This document shows, in pieces, positions 38,856 through 49,566 of a DNA stretch of 60,153 nucleotides; positions within the stretch are counted from its first letter, which is position 1, and the number at the start of each line of letters is the position of its first letter. The notes beneath the pieces were generated by a model. It searched no databases. It saw only the letters and a list, made by a program, of their open reading frames with translations, and had not been told where the DNA came from. The translations under genes and the position numbers were made by a program. The stretch comes from an uncultured Bacilli bacterium (GTDB lineage: Bacteria; Bacillota_I; Bacilli_A; RF39; UBA660): positions 1 through 60,153 of the forward strand of contig CANROW010000003.1 in NCBI GenBank assembly GCA_947632345.1, given 5' to 3'.

Positions 38856-41172
38856 GTTTATCCCCCTTTTTCAAATGATTATATATATCAATATAATTAT
38901 CAACTAAGATAAAATTCATCTCTTTTTTTACTTCATCTGGGATGTCCATCAAATCTTTTTCATTTTCACGCGGAATAAAAATTGTTTTCATTGAAGCCCG
39001 ATGGGCACCAATCAATTTTTCCTTTAAACCACCAATTGCTAAAACTTTGCCACGCAATGTGATTTCGCCAGTCATCGCTATATTTGAAGGTATTTTTAAA
39101 TTGGTAAATAAGCTTATTAGAGCTGTCGTCAAACTGACACCAGCACTAGGTCCATCTTTAGGAACAGCTCCCTCTGGCACATGAATATGAATATTATTTT
39201 CGGTCAACATTTTATCATCAATACCAAATAGTTCAGCATTAGATTTTATATAACTAAAAGCAATACGCGCTGACTCTTGCATAACTTCTCCTAAAGAGCC
39301 AGTTAGTAACAACTCACCTTTACCTTTATACATCGTGGTTTCAATTGGTAAAATATCACCGCCATATTTGGTATAGGCTAGACCATTAACGACACCAATG
39401 CGATCTTCCTTTTCACTATTGTGGTAAAAATATTTTTCGTTTCCTAAGTATGTGGAAAGATTATTTTCCGTTATGTCATAATTAGTCTTTGAAGAATTGA
39501 CAACAATATCTTTGACAATTTTTCTAATAACAGTAGCAAGTAGACGTTCTAATTCACGAACACCACTCTCTTTTGTATAATTCCTAATAACTCCTAAAAT
39601 GGCTTCATCACTGAAAGTTACTCGATTAGCAGCAACTCCATGTTCTTCAAGCAAATTAGGAATCAAATGAATCTTAGCTATATCCAATTTTTCGTATTCA
39701 GTATAACTGGATAACTCAACTATTTCAAGACGATCACGCAATTCATCTGGAATTTGATCAATATAATTAGCAGTCGCGATAAACATGACGTTACTCAAGT
39801 CAAATTCTTCTTCTATATAATGATCGACAAAATGCTTATTTTGTTCCTTATCCAATACTTCTAATAAAGCCGACGCAGGATCACCTTTTATATCTTTAGT
39901 CATTTTATCTATCTCATCAATGATGAAAACAGGGTTATTAGTACCAGCTTTTTTCATTCCTTGAATTATTAGTCCAGGAGCTGCTCCAACATAAGTTCTT
40001 CGATGTCCTACAATTTCAGCTTCATCATTTACGCCACCAACACTTATTTTAGTTGAAACACGATTTAAACTTTTAGCAATACTTTGAGCGAGTGTCGTCT
40101 TTCCAACACCAGGAGGACCAACCAAGCAAATAATTGGGCTTCTCAAACTATTCTTATTCTGTTTTACAGCTAAATATTCAATTATTCTATCTTTGACAGT
40201 ATCTAAAGCATAATGTGATTTATCCAAAGAGACTTTAACTTTGTTTAAATCCGAAACATCTTTAGTCGTTTTCTTCCAAGGCAAATCTAACAACCAATCA
40301 ATATAGGTGTTAATAATTCCCATCTCAGGTGAATTGGGATTACATGCTTCATAACGATTAATCTCATTGTTCAAACGATTTTTTACTTTGCTTGAACACT
40401 CCAATGAATTAGCCTTCTTCCGCAATTCATCGACTTCACTTTCTTTATCGTGAATGTCGCCTAACTCCTCTTTTATAACTCTAATTTTTTCCCGTAAAAC
40501 GAATTCTCTTTGCGATTCTTCTAGGCCTTTATTAACTTCTAATTCAATTTGTTTTTCTAATTTTAGAATTTCCATATCACGATTAATATCATCTAAAATC
40601 ATCTTAACTCTTTTAGTTGCCGAAAACTCTTCGATATATTCCAACTTTCTTTCGAATGTAATTGGTAAAAATAAGGCAACTGTGTCAGTCAATTGATCAA
40701 TATCATTAACCCCTGAAATCTGTGATAAAACGGTATTTGACATATATGGAACTTCTTTAACATACATTTCAACATGTTTAACTAAACTTCGGACATAAGC
40801 TAATTCTTCTTTTAATTCTAAACCATCTTCTTCAACACAACTTATGACAGCGTCATAAATATTATCGTCTTTGGTATAAGTATGCACTTTAGCTCTACTT
40901 ATTCCGGAAATGACAACGCGCGTTTTAGAGTTTGGCATATCAATTTTCATCTTAACCCGACCAACGACACCAACTTTTGGCAATTCAGTTACATCAGGAT
41001 TTTGTTCTAAAACATCTTTAGGGGCGACTATCAAAACTTGATTATCATAATAATCCTCTACTAAAGACATTATTTTCTTATCTATATCATTATCAATTTC
41101 TATTCTAATTTCACTATTGGGGAACAGAACCATGTTTCTAATCAAAAGTACTGGTAAATTTGTTTTAATCAC
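38836..41172 (-). CDS. lon: Lon protease
   Basis: GPPGVGKT, IIDEIDK, HVPEGAVPKDGPSAG, IGGLKEK. Confidence 0.97.
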   Translation of the reverse strand: MIKTNLPVLLIRNMVLFPNSEIRIEIDNDIDKKIMSLVEDYYDNQVLIVAPKDVLEQNPDVTELPKVGVVGRVKMKIDMPNSKTRVVISGISRAKVHTYTKDDNIYDAVISCVEEDGLELKEELAYVRSLVKHVEMYVKEVPYMSNTVLSQISGVNDIDQLTDTVALFLPITFERKLEYIEEFSATKRVKMILDDINRDMEILKLEKQIELEVNKGLEESQREFVLREKIRVIKEELGDIHDKESEVDELRKKANSLECSSKVKNRLNNEINRYEACNPNSPEMGIINTYIDWLLDLPWKKTTKDVSDLNKVKVSLDKSHYALDTVKDRIIEYLAVKQNKNSLRSPIICLVGPPGVGKTTLAQSIAKSLNRVSTKISVGGVNDEAEIVGHRRTYVGAAPGLIIQGMKKAGTNNPVFIIDEIDKMTKDIKGDPASALLEVLDKEQNKHFVDHYIEEEFDLSNVMFIATANYIDQIPDELRDRLEIVELSSYTEYEKLDIAKIHLIPNLLEEHGVAANRVTFSDEAILGVIRNYTKESGVRELERLLATVIRKIVKDIVVNSSKTNYDITENNLSTYLGNEKYFYHNSEKEDRIGVVNGLAYTKYGGDILPIETTMYKGKGELLLTGSLGEVMQESARIAFSYIKSNAELFGIDDKMLTENNIHIHVPEGAVPKDGPSAGVSLTTALISLFTNLKIPSNIAMTGEITLRGKVLAIGGLKEKLIGAHRASMKTIFIPRENEKDLMDIPDEVKKEMNFILVDNYIDIYNHLKKGDKHGAKRK

Positions 41173-41423
41173 AGTCCATCACCTCGATAAATATGCTTTT
41201 TATTATAGCGACCTAAAAATGAAAAAGCAAGTAATTTTCACAATAAAAATAACTTTAAATTTTTCCGCATTTTTTTCTTGATTTTATTGCTATTTTGTGA
41301 TTAAATATGCAGCTACTTTTTCAAATTTTTTCCATAAATTACCATATTTTAATCACAATTAATTCATTTACCTTTTGATTGATTAAATCAATTAAAAAAG
41401 TCAGGTATTAACCTGACCTATAA

Positions 41424-43553
41424 TTACATTGCATCTTTTCTTGAAAAATTCAATTTTCCCTTTTTGTCGTATCCGATTGCTTTGACAAGAATTTCGTCTC
41501 CTACTTTAACAACATCACTAACTTTATCAACACGTTCTTTGGCAAGTTTAGAAATGTGAACTAATCCTTCACAACCTGGCCATAATTGAACGAAACATCC
41601 AAAATCTTCAATTTGTACAACGGTTGCTGTGTAGACTTTACCTTCCTCAACTTCTCTAACGATGTCTTGAATCATCTTAGCAGTTCTTTCAATGACTTCT
41701 TTGTCCATATGATAAATGACTACTTTACCATCATCTTCGATATCAACTTTGACAGCGCGCATATCATTGACAACCGAAACATTACTTGCTTCACAAATAA
41801 TCTTTGTAATCATCTCGCCGCCCTTACCAATGACATCTTTAATCTTTTCTGGTTTAATCATAAAGGTCATCATCTTAGGAGCATACTTACTAACTTCTTT
41901 ACGAGGTTCAGCAATTTGTTTTTGCATGACATCTAGTACTTCCATACGAGCATCTTTAGCTTGAGCTAAAGCTTCTTTTAAAATTTGTTTTGTAATACCT
42001 CTAATCTTGATATCCATTTGTAATGCACAAATACCATCACGAGTTCCTGCTACTTTGAAGTCCATATCTCCTAAATGGTCTTCCATTCCTTGAATATCTG
42101 TAAGAATTGTATAGTCATCACCATCAGTAATAAGTCCCATCGCTATACCAGCTACAGGCGCTTTAATAGGTACACCAGCAGCCATCAAACTCATACATCC
42201 AGCACAAATTGAAGCTTGGCTACTACTACCATTACTCTCTAAAATTTCACTTACGACACGAATTGTGTAAGGGAATTCCTCTTCGCTAGGAATTACTTGA
42301 GCTAATGCTTTCTCTCCTAAAGCTCCATGCCCTATCTCACGACGTCCTGGTGAACCATAACGTCCCGTTTCCCCAACTGAGAATTGTGGGAAATTGTAAT
42401 GTAACATGAATCTTTTTTCTTCTTCAAGACTCAAGCCATCCAATATTTGACTCTCTCCTAAAGCTCCAAGCGTTGTAATTGATAAACTTTGCGTTTGTCC
42501 ACGCGTGAACAAAGCAGATCCGTGAGTTCGAGGAAGAATATCAATATCTGTTGATAGAGGTCTAATCTCTGTCATCTTTCTACCATCAGCTCTAGTATGT
42601 TCTTTAACAACAATGCGTCTAAAAATTTCATATTCGACATCTTCAAGAACGAGTTTAACTTTAGTTACTAATTCTTCAAGTTCTGCCTCTTTCATATCGC
42701 TATTATTTTCAATATAAGAATTGACAACATCTTCTTTAATTTTGTCAATTGTCTCATATTTTTTAATCTTGTCTTCAATGCGCATAGCGGCATCCAATTG
42801 ATCTTTGCAAAGATTAGAAACTTCTTCACGTAATGTATCTTCAATTTCAAGAGTTTCATATTCCATCTTCTCTTCACCAATTTCATCGATGATCTTCTCT
42901 TGGAATGCTACTAATTCTTTAATTGCCTCGTGACCAAACATCAAGGCTTCTAACATATCATCTTCAGATACTTCTTTAGCGCTTGACTCTACCATGTTGA
43001 TAGCTTCTTTAGTACCAGCAACCGTCAAATCGATATCAGATTTTTCTAACTCCTCTGTCGTTGGATTGATGATTAGCTTACCATCAACACGACCAACCTT
43101 TACACCAGCAATAGGTCCATCAAAAGGAATCTTACTAATACAGGTTGCTAAGCTTGATCCTAATAAAGCTGTTATCTCTGGAGAATTATCTTGTTCAACA
43201 GATAAAACAGTATTGACTATCTGAACTTCATTTCTAAACCCCTCTGGGAATAGTGGACGCATTGGCCTATCAATCATTCTAGCTGCGAGTGTAGCTGCAT
43301 CTGTAGGGCGTCCTTCTCTTTTTATAAATCCACCAGGAATTTTTCCTACTGAATATAATTTTTCTTGATACAAGACCATTAAAGGAAAGAAATCAGATAA
43401 TATATTGGCATTTTTACTGACAACAGCTGTTGATAAAATAACTGTATCACCATATCTAACTAACACAGCTCCGTGAGCTTGTTTAGCCATCTCACCATGT
43501 TCAACTACTATTTTTCTTCCTCTAAAATCTAATTCGAAAACTTTCTTTTCCAT
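41424..43553 (-). CDS. pnp: Polyribonucleotide nucleotidyltransferase
   Basis: [37 protein letters not shown] and S1 domains; ATG at 43553 after GGAGGT. Confidence 0.97.
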   Translation of the reverse strand: MEKKVFELDFRGRKIVVEHGEMAKQAHGAVLVRYGDTVILSTAVVSKNANILSDFFPLMVLYQEKLYSVGKIPGGFIKREGRPTDAATLAARMIDRPMRPLFPEGFRNEVQIVNTVLSVEQDNSPEITALLGSSLATCISKIPFDGPIAGVKVGRVDGKLIINPTTEELEKSDIDLTVAGTKEAINMVESSAKEVSEDDMLEALMFGHEAIKELVAFQEKIIDEIGEEKMEYETLEIEDTLREEVSNLCKDQLDAAMRIEDKIKKYETIDKIKEDVVNSYIENNSDMKEAELEELVTKVKLVLEDVEYEIFRRIVVKEHTRADGRKMTEIRPLSTDIDILPRTHGSALFTRGQTQSLSITTLGALGESQILDGLSLEEEKRFMLHYNFPQFSVGETGRYGSPGRREIGHGALGEKALAQVIPSEEEFPYTIRVVSEILESNGSSSQASICAGCMSLMAAGVPIKAPVAGIAMGLITDGDDYTILTDIQGMEDHLGDMDFKVAGTRDGICALQMDIKIRGITKQILKEALAQAKDARMEVLDVMQKQIAEPRKEVSKYAPKMMTFMIKPEKIKDVIGKGGEMITKIICEASNVSVVNDMRAVKVDIEDDGKVVIYHMDKEVIERTAKMIQDIVREVEEGKVYTATVVQIEDFGCFVQLWPGCEGLVHISKLAKERVDKVSDVVKVGDEILVKAIGYDKKGKLNFSRKDAM

Positions 43554-43637
43554 ATTTACCTCCAACTAAATCAATTATAACTTACTTTATAGAAAAATAA
43601 AAGACACTAAAAACAGTGTCTACTTTTATACAATTTA

Positions 43638-43907
43638 TTACTTTCTTAAACCTAATTCTTTAATCAAAGCACGATATCTATTAACATCATGTTTAACAAG
43701 ATAGTTTAATAAGTTCTTTCTTCTTCCAACTTTCTTTAAAAGTCCTCTTTGTGAATGATAATCGTGAGTATGTTCTTTCATATGTTCTGTTAAAGCATTA
43801 ATTTCTTCAGTAAGAATTGCTACTTGAACTTCAATGCTTCCACAATCTCCTTCACTTCTAGCAAATTTCTTAATAATTTCTTGTTTCTTTTCTTTAGTCA
43901 TTGCCAT
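43638..43907 (-). CDS. rpsO: 30S ribosomal protein S15
   Basis: [14 protein letters not shown]...[16 protein letters not shown]...LGLRK. Confidence 0.97.
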   Translation of the reverse strand: MAMTKEKKQEIIKKFARSEGDCGSIEVQVAILTEEINALTEHMKEHTHDYHSQRGLLKKVGRRKNLLNYLVKHDVNRYRALIKELGLRK

Positions 43908-43909
43908 AG

Positions 43910-43986
43910 TATTTCCTCCTCTTCATTTTATTCGCTTCATCTGAGTATTTGTCGGAAATACTCAAACACCAAGATGAAGTAACGAA
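43910..43986 (-). promoter_or_regulatory. Probable S15 autoregulatory leader
   Basis: Nested stems CTTCATCT/AGATGAAG and GAGTATTT/AAATACTC immediately upstream of the rpsO RBS. Confidence 0.6.
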
Positions 43987-44084
43987 AATAATATAACCTA
44001 CTTTTCAAAATAAATCAAGTAATTTTAACTACTTTATTTACGAAAGCAATTAAAAATGTCAATTTCAATAAAATTAGTCATATC

Positions 44085-44108
44085 AAAAAAGACTGGAATT
44101 CCAGTCTT
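44085..44108 (-). terminator. Terminator after the sigma/anti-sigma pair
   Basis: Perfect hairpin AAGACTGGAATTCCAGTCTT with a U-tract. Confidence 0.75.
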
Positions 44109-44925
44109 AATATTTTAAATTATCTAAAAGATTTTTCAATTCACTTCTTGTCATAGTATTTGTTAACAAAGAATATTTGATACCATCGTGATAGAAAAGA
44201 GCTGTCAAACGACTATCATCCCAATCAACTGCATAAATTAAAATGTCTTCTTTAATAGTATCAGTATGGTATATTTCTTCATCAACTTTGCCACCAATTA
44301 CATCAATATCACCAGCACCTGTTACAATATAATCAGCATTATCATCAGTTATATCGACATCCATACTGCACTTTTTACCGTTTTCTTCATAGAAATTGAA
44401 TATTTCTAACTCGACACTAGAAATCGTACCATCAGTATTTTCCCCAGTTGTATATGTAACTTCATTATCATCATTATTCTGTAATTTCAATATTGGAAAT
44501 CCAAGATCTTTTTCTACTTCTTTAATAGTACGTTTCAACGAAAGATTTTCTTTCAATTTTTTTACTACTATATTTCCGTTTTCATCAACATCATTATACT
44601 CGACAATTTTTGTTCCGCTTCTTTTTACAGTGTTAGGTATATCGTGGGTTATTCCATTAACATTTATTTTAATGGTATTTCCCTCCTCATCACCTTTTCC
44701 TACTTGTAAACTTAAAACTTTTTGAACTACCTCTTTTATCTCTTTAGCGTAAACAAGAGATAGAGAAAAACCAGTTAAAAGAACCGCAACAAGGGCGAGA
44801 TATGCCAATTTAAACTTTGTTCTTTTAACTTCTTTATTAACAGTCATATTTAATATTTTCCTTTCTAAATCATTAGAAATATTGACATCCAAATAAGCTT
44901 TTTTAATTTTTTTCTTATTATTCAT
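44107..44925 (-). CDS. Putative anti-sigma factor (single TM, extracellular domain)
   Basis: Overlaps the ECF sigma stop; short cytoplasmic N-terminus, TM, extracytoplasmic domain. Confidence 0.65.
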   Translation of the reverse strand: MNNKKKIKKAYLDVNISNDLERKILNMTVNKEVKRTKFKLAYLALVAVLLTGFSLSLVYAKEIKEVVQKVLSLQVGKGDEEGNTIKINVNGITHDIPNTVKRSGTKIVEYNDVDENGNIVVKKLKENLSLKRTIKEVEKDLGFPILKLQNNDDNEVTYTTGENTDGTISSVELEIFNFYEENGKKCSMDVDITDDNADYIVTGAGDIDVIGGKVDEEIYHTDTIKEDILIYAVDWDDSRLTALFYHDGIKYSLLTNTMTRSELKNLLDNLKY

Positions 44926-45397
44926 TATCCCAAACCTCCTTCAATATTTCTTTTAATTGTTTTCTAGCCCGTGCTAGACGTGTTTGAATATTTGTCTCTG
45001 ATATCTTTAATATCTGAGCTATTTCTTTAATTTTATAATCTTCATAATAATATAGATATGTAACAATACGATACTTTTTTGGTAACTCTAATACCGCTTT
45101 TAAAACATCATTACTTGGCATCTCACTCTCAATATTTTCTTCTTTTTCGGAAAGAAAACTTATTTTTTTCTTCCAACTCGATAATAATAATGTTTTACAT
45201 TCATTGATACAAACTCTAATTAACCACTTCTTTATATCTTTATTTTCTTTTTCTAAAATTTCTCCTTTATGGTACAGTTTCACAAAAACATTTTGGACAA
45301 TATCATCACTATCGGAAATGTTTTTTGTATAGGAAAATGCTAAACGATAAATATCATTTTTATAAAGATCAAATATTTCAGCGAATCTATCATTCAT
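44918..45397 (-). CDS. ECF sigma-70 family RNA polymerase sigma factor
   Basis: DDIVQNVFVKL, WLIRVCIN, LPKKYR...EIAQIL...TRLARAR. Confidence 0.92.
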   Translation of the reverse strand: MNDRFAEIFDLYKNDIYRLAFSYTKNISDSDDIVQNVFVKLYHKGEILEKENKDIKKWLIRVCINECKTLLLSSWKKKISFLSEKEENIESEMPSNDVLKAVLELPKKYRIVTYLYYYEDYKIKEIAQILKISETNIQTRLARARKQLKEILKEVWDNE

Positions 45398-45592
45398 ATT
45401 TTACCTCCGTTGCATTTGAAAGCTTTCACTATAATAACTTACTAACGCAATAAAATATCACATTTTTTTAAATTTTTTAAAAAAAAGTAGATTTATATCT
45501 ACTTTAATCGATTATCTTCTATATCCATAAATAATCAGAATTATAAATTTGTATAAAATTTTTATAATTATGTGTTATAATATTATTGTCAT

Positions 45593-45667
45593 TGCCCCAT
45601 CGCCAAGTGGTAAGGCATCAGGCTCTGAACCTGACATCCGTTAGTTCGAATCTAACTGGGGCAGCCA
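45593..45667 (+). tRNA. tRNA-Gln (CTG)
   Basis: TGCCCCA/TGGGGCA acceptor stem, anticodon arm TCAGG-CTCTGAA-CCTGA, GTTCGAATC, G discriminator plus CCA. Confidence 0.93.
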
Positions 45668-45677
45668 TTATAATAAG

Positions 45678-45709
45678 AAAAGCCTTAAGAAAAAACTTAA
45701 GACTTTTTT
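45678..45709. terminator. Bidirectional terminator between tRNA-Gln and glyQS
   Basis: AAAAG.CTTAAG-loop-CTTAAG.CTTTTTT. Confidence 0.7.
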
Positions 45710-45712
45710 ATA

Positions 45713-47083
45713 TTAGAAATTAATTTTAGATTTGATATAATCAACTACTTCTCCTAGAGGAAGCGTAATTTGTTCCATAGTATCACGATCGCGAACGGTA
45801 ACAGTATTTTCATTCAAAGTATTATCATCAATAGTAATCGCAAAAGGTGTTCCAACGACATCACTACGGCGATATCTCTTACCAATATTTCCTGATTCAT
45901 CATAATCACACATAAAATGCTTACTGAGCATCTCATATATTTCATTTGCTTTTTCTGAATGGTATTTCTTAATTAAAGGAAGAACCGTTACTTTGTAAGG
46001 AGCAAGGAATGGATGAAACTTCATAACTTCGCGAGTACTTCCATCTTCTAAAGTTTCTTCATGATAAGCATTGAAAAGAAGAGCTAAGCAAGTACGATCA
46101 AGTCCATATGTTGACTCAATTATATATGGTATAAACTTTTCATGTGTTTCTTCATCTAAGTATTCTTGACTAACACCACTATATTGTTGATGACGCGATA
46201 AATCGAAATTAGTTCGATTATGAGTTCCATTTATTTCACCCCAACCAAATGGAAATAGATATTCAATATCACAAGCACTTTTAGCATAATGCGCAAGCTT
46301 TTCATGATCATGAAAGCGAAGTTTTTCTTCAGGTATTCCTAAATCCATGTAAAACTTTTTACCATACTCTTTGAAGTATTCATATAATTTCATATCTTCA
46401 CCTTCTTTGCAGAAAGTCTGATATTCCATCTGTTCAAATTCAATTGTTCGAAAAGTAAAATTACCTGGAGTGATTTCATTACGAAAAGCTTTACCAATTT
46501 GCCCAATGCTAAATGGTAGTTTACATCTCATACTTCTTAAAACATTTAAAAAGTTGACATATTCACCTTGAGCATTTTCAGGTCTTAAGTAAACGATACT
46601 CTTAGCGTCTTCTACTACCCCACGATGGGTTTCAAACATCAATTTGAATTGCCGAATATCCGTAAAGTTAGACTTACCACATTTAGGGCAAGGTACTTTA
46701 TTATCACGAATATACTTCATCATCTCTTCATTAGTCATTCCATCGCCAATCGTACTATTCGTATAATCATTAATTAAGTTATCAGCACGATGTCTCGTCT
46801 TACATTCACGACAATCTAAGAGTGGATCAGCAAAACTTTCAACGTGACCACTAGCCTCCCAAACTCTCGGATGCATCAAAATATCAGCATCTAATTCGTA
46901 AGCATTCTTACGTTCTTGAATAAACCTCTTACGCCAGGCATCTTTAACATTATTTTTAAATCTACTACCAAGTGGTCCATAATCCCAAGTATTAGCTAAA
47001 CCTCCATAGATTTCACTTCCCTGGAATATAAATCCATATTGTTTACAAAAATTAACCATTTTATCCATATTCATTTCATTCAT
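45713..47083 (-). CDS. glyQS: Glycine--tRNA ligase (alpha2 type)
   Basis: SEIYGG...WDYGPLG, YLRPENAQG, QIGKAFRNEITP, FRTIEFEQME. Confidence 0.96.
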   Translation of the reverse strand: MNEMNMDKMVNFCKQYGFIFQGSEIYGGLANTWDYGPLGSRFKNNVKDAWRKRFIQERKNAYELDADILMHPRVWEASGHVESFADPLLDCRECKTRHRADNLINDYTNSTIGDGMTNEEMMKYIRDNKVPCPKCGKSNFTDIRQFKLMFETHRGVVEDAKSIVYLRPENAQGEYVNFLNVLRSMRCKLPFSIGQIGKAFRNEITPGNFTFRTIEFEQMEYQTFCKEGEDMKLYEYFKEYGKKFYMDLGIPEEKLRFHDHEKLAHYAKSACDIEYLFPFGWGEINGTHNRTNFDLSRHQQYSGVSQEYLDEETHEKFIPYIIESTYGLDRTCLALLFNAYHEETLEDGSTREVMKFHPFLAPYKVTVLPLIKKYHSEKANEIYEMLSKHFMCDYDESGNIGKRYRRSDVVGTPFAITIDDNTLNENTVTVRDRDTMEQITLPLGEVVDYIKSKINF

Positions 47084-47098
47084 ATTTTCATCTCCCTA

Positions 47099-47215
47099 TA
47101 AAAAAACTTCTAGAATGTATAAGGACGGTTGCCCGCGGTTCCACCTTATTTATTCCAGAAGAATCTCTCTTAATGCATAGCTGTTAGGTTTCCACCCCGT
47201 CATCGCTTCAACGTA
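47099..47215 (-). promoter_or_regulatory. T-box leader of glyQS (unusually short)
   Basis: T-box core AAGGTGGAACCGCG (47134-47147), antiterminator partner CGTCCTT, terminator ending in a U-tract. Confidence 0.8.
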
Positions 47216-47253
47216 ATTAATTTTATAATACTTTTTTTATTTTGTAAAGATTT

Positions 47254-47745
47254 TTATCCAATCCTATCTCCATTACTATCATAATAGACAATTTTAGTAC
47301 GGCCATCAATTGGTTTACGATTTATGGTCTTGTTTTTAGTAAAATAAATATCATTTTCAGAAAGATCTTTTTCGAGAGTGACATCGACACAATTTCCCTT
47401 ATCATCAAGACTCGTCCAGTAATATTTATAGTCATTATTTTCGTCAATGACGACTGCCACATAGGCATCAACCCATTTGCCATAAGGACTACTTTGACGA
47501 TCACGTTCCAATTTTAAATTACTATAATGAATATAATATGTAACATTTGGATCACGCATTACAAATTTTCCTTGTGTAATTCCGTTTGCAGCAGCAGCGA
47601 TATACTCTTTAGCTGTCGATATATAGAGTTCTCTCTTACTCTTTTCTGTATATTTTGATACAGAAACAACCGCTATTGATATAACTAATCCCAATATTAC
47701 TGTAGCTGCTAATAATTCAACTAAAGTAAAGCCTTTCTTGTTCAT
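47254..47745 (-). CDS. Type IV pilin-like protein with N-terminal methylation motif
   Basis: MNKKGFTLVELLA prepilin cleavage site. Confidence 0.85.
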   Translation of the reverse strand: MNKKGFTLVELLAATVILGLVISIAVVSVSKYTEKSKRELYISTAKEYIAAAANGITQGKFVMRDPNVTYYIHYSNLKLERDRQSSPYGKWVDAYVAVVIDENNDYKYYWTSLDDKGNCVDVTLEKDLSENDIYFTKNKTINRKPIDGRTKIVYYDSNGDRIG

Positions 47746-47845
47746 TTAATTGCCTCCAATTCTATTATGATTATAATAAAATGCCACAAAAAAAGCAACT
47801 ATCCATAAACAACTTAATGTTTATTGACAGTCACTTTTAAATTAG

Positions 47846-48172
47846 CTATTTAACTTTTTCTTTAGGTGTTTCTTTTTCCTTATCAGATTTATGCATTTTC
47901 TTCCATAGTATATAACCTAATCCTACAGCGACACCACCAATAGCTTCATAAGGTAAAGCCGTCAAACTTATTAATTTATATTGTGGACGAATAGCAATAG
48001 GTATTAAGTAAGCTGCCGAGTAAGCAGCACCTAAACAACATGCACCAAAAGCCACTTTATTAAATGTAACCTTACCACGAATAGTATTAAATGTACACCA
48101 AGGACTATCTAAGTAATCATTGTAACTAGTATCTTTTTTTAAATATTCATCAAATTCTTTACTATAAGCCAT
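47846..48172 (-). CDS. Small two-TM hypothetical protein
   Basis: Two hydrophobic segments; GKVTFNK motif shared with the neighbouring gene. Confidence 0.7.
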   Translation of the reverse strand: MAYSKEFDEYLKKDTSYNDYLDSPWCTFNTIRGKVTFNKVAFGACCLGAAYSAAYLIPIAIRPQYKLISLTALPYEAIGGVAVGLGYILWKKMHKSDKEKETPKEKVK

Positions 48173-48203
48173 TATAATAACCCCCTTTTATATAATAACC
48201 TTA

Positions 48204-48611
48204 TTATCTTACTTTTCTAGTTTCAGCTTCAGCTAAAACGTCATCGGCAAGTTGTCTATAAAACTGTGTATCTGCTTCATCTCTAAGAAGAATTTTACTT
48301 TTAGCAGCATTATTTCTTTCTTCTGCTTCTTCTAATCTAGTTTTTTCTTTATCTTCAAGTTTATTAAATGCAAGTCCAGTAGCAGTTGCTGCACCACCTA
48401 AAACTGTAGTTACGATAGGAGTAGCTAATAATCCAACTACTACCATACCAGCAATACCAACACCAGTAGCAACTAAACCAACACCAGCACAAACCTTAAA
48501 GAATGTTTTATTAAAACGAATTTTTCCATAACCAGATTGAATAGTTTCTAAATTATCATCAATTCTTTGTAAAGCTTCTTCTTTTGTTACCTTATTTTCA
48601 TTGTTTTCCAT
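48204..48611 (-). CDS. Small Gly-rich TM-hairpin/coiled-coil protein
   Basis: GKIRFNK, GVGLVATGVGIAG..LGGAATATGL, charged helical tail. Confidence 0.7.
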   Translation of the reverse strand: MENNENKVTKEEALQRIDDNLETIQSGYGKIRFNKTFFKVCAGVGLVATGVGIAGMVVVGLLATPIVTTVLGGAATATGLAFNKLEDKEKTRLEEAEERNNAAKSKILLRDEADTQFYRQLADDVLAEAETRKVR

Positions 48612-48849
48612 ATTATTATCCCCCTAATCCAAATGTGCCATTATTATAACACAATATATTTAAAATGTCAAATACTTTAATGTCCAATCATTTTTACATA
48701 TAGATGATTGTAGTCGGTATGTTTTTCATAGTCTCTCATCTAAATGTGTACACATGATATCATAGAATCAACAAAAAGTCAACAAATATCGTTTTATATT
48801 AACAAAACTGTCATATCAATCCACAAAGTACAATATAAAAAGAGTAATT

Positions 48850-49566
48850 TTAATTACCCTCACATACATCATAAATAATAAATATAAACGTAATAGTAAG
48901 CAAGATAACGTCTGCAAGGATAATTGCATCGATTCTAGATGAAAATTCTTCCAACTTAACTAAACTATTACTAGGACCAACATATATTTCATAATCATGA
49001 TTAACTAAAAGATCAAGATTATTGTTAAGTTCTTTTAAATTATCCACTTCAAACAAATAATGATATGGATATTTTGAATTAAAGTTTCTTTGTCTAATAA
49101 TATTTCTTGTTTTTTCATTAATATATAAATTATTATCAGTTATGAATCCATCACTATGATATATACCTACCACTTTAAAATAATATGTTTCATCATCAAT
49201 TTTTATGAAAATATTACGATTTAATAATGTTTTATATTTTGAAGATACTAATACTTCAAAATCATTTCGCACATCTCTACCCATTACTATCTCATATTGA
49301 CTAAAAGGATCATATTTAACATTATATTTTTCAGTAATGTTATCTATAATAATATCATCATATAACAAATAATAATTGATATCCAAATTATAATCTCTAG
49401 AAATTGGATCTGAAGATTCAACGTTTATGAAAAAAGAAGAGGACTTATTTTCCATCACGTAACCATACATATAGTTTAAAATAATAAGTCCTACAATACA
49501 TATTAGAACAATTAACTTATCTAACTTCTTTAGATAAGTTATAAATATTACCAAGAGCCTGTCCAC
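48850..49566 (-). CDS. Hypothetical membrane protein resembling a truncated MacB/FtsX extracellular domain
   Basis: TM, GRD...EVLVS...FKVVGIY...LYI pattern, C-terminal TM; start uncertain. Confidence 0.5.
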   Translation of the reverse strand: MDRLLVIFITYLKKLDKLIVLICIVGLIILNYMYGYVMENKSSSFFINVESSDPISRDYNLDINYYLLYDDIIIDNITEKYNVKYDPFSQYEIVMGRDVRNDFEVLVSSKYKTLLNRNIFIKIDDETYYFKVVGIYHSDGFITDNNLYINEKTRNIIRQRNFNSKYPYHYLFEVDNLKELNNNLDLLVNHDYEIYVGPSNSLVKLEEFSSRIDAIILADVILLTITFIFIIYDVCEGN

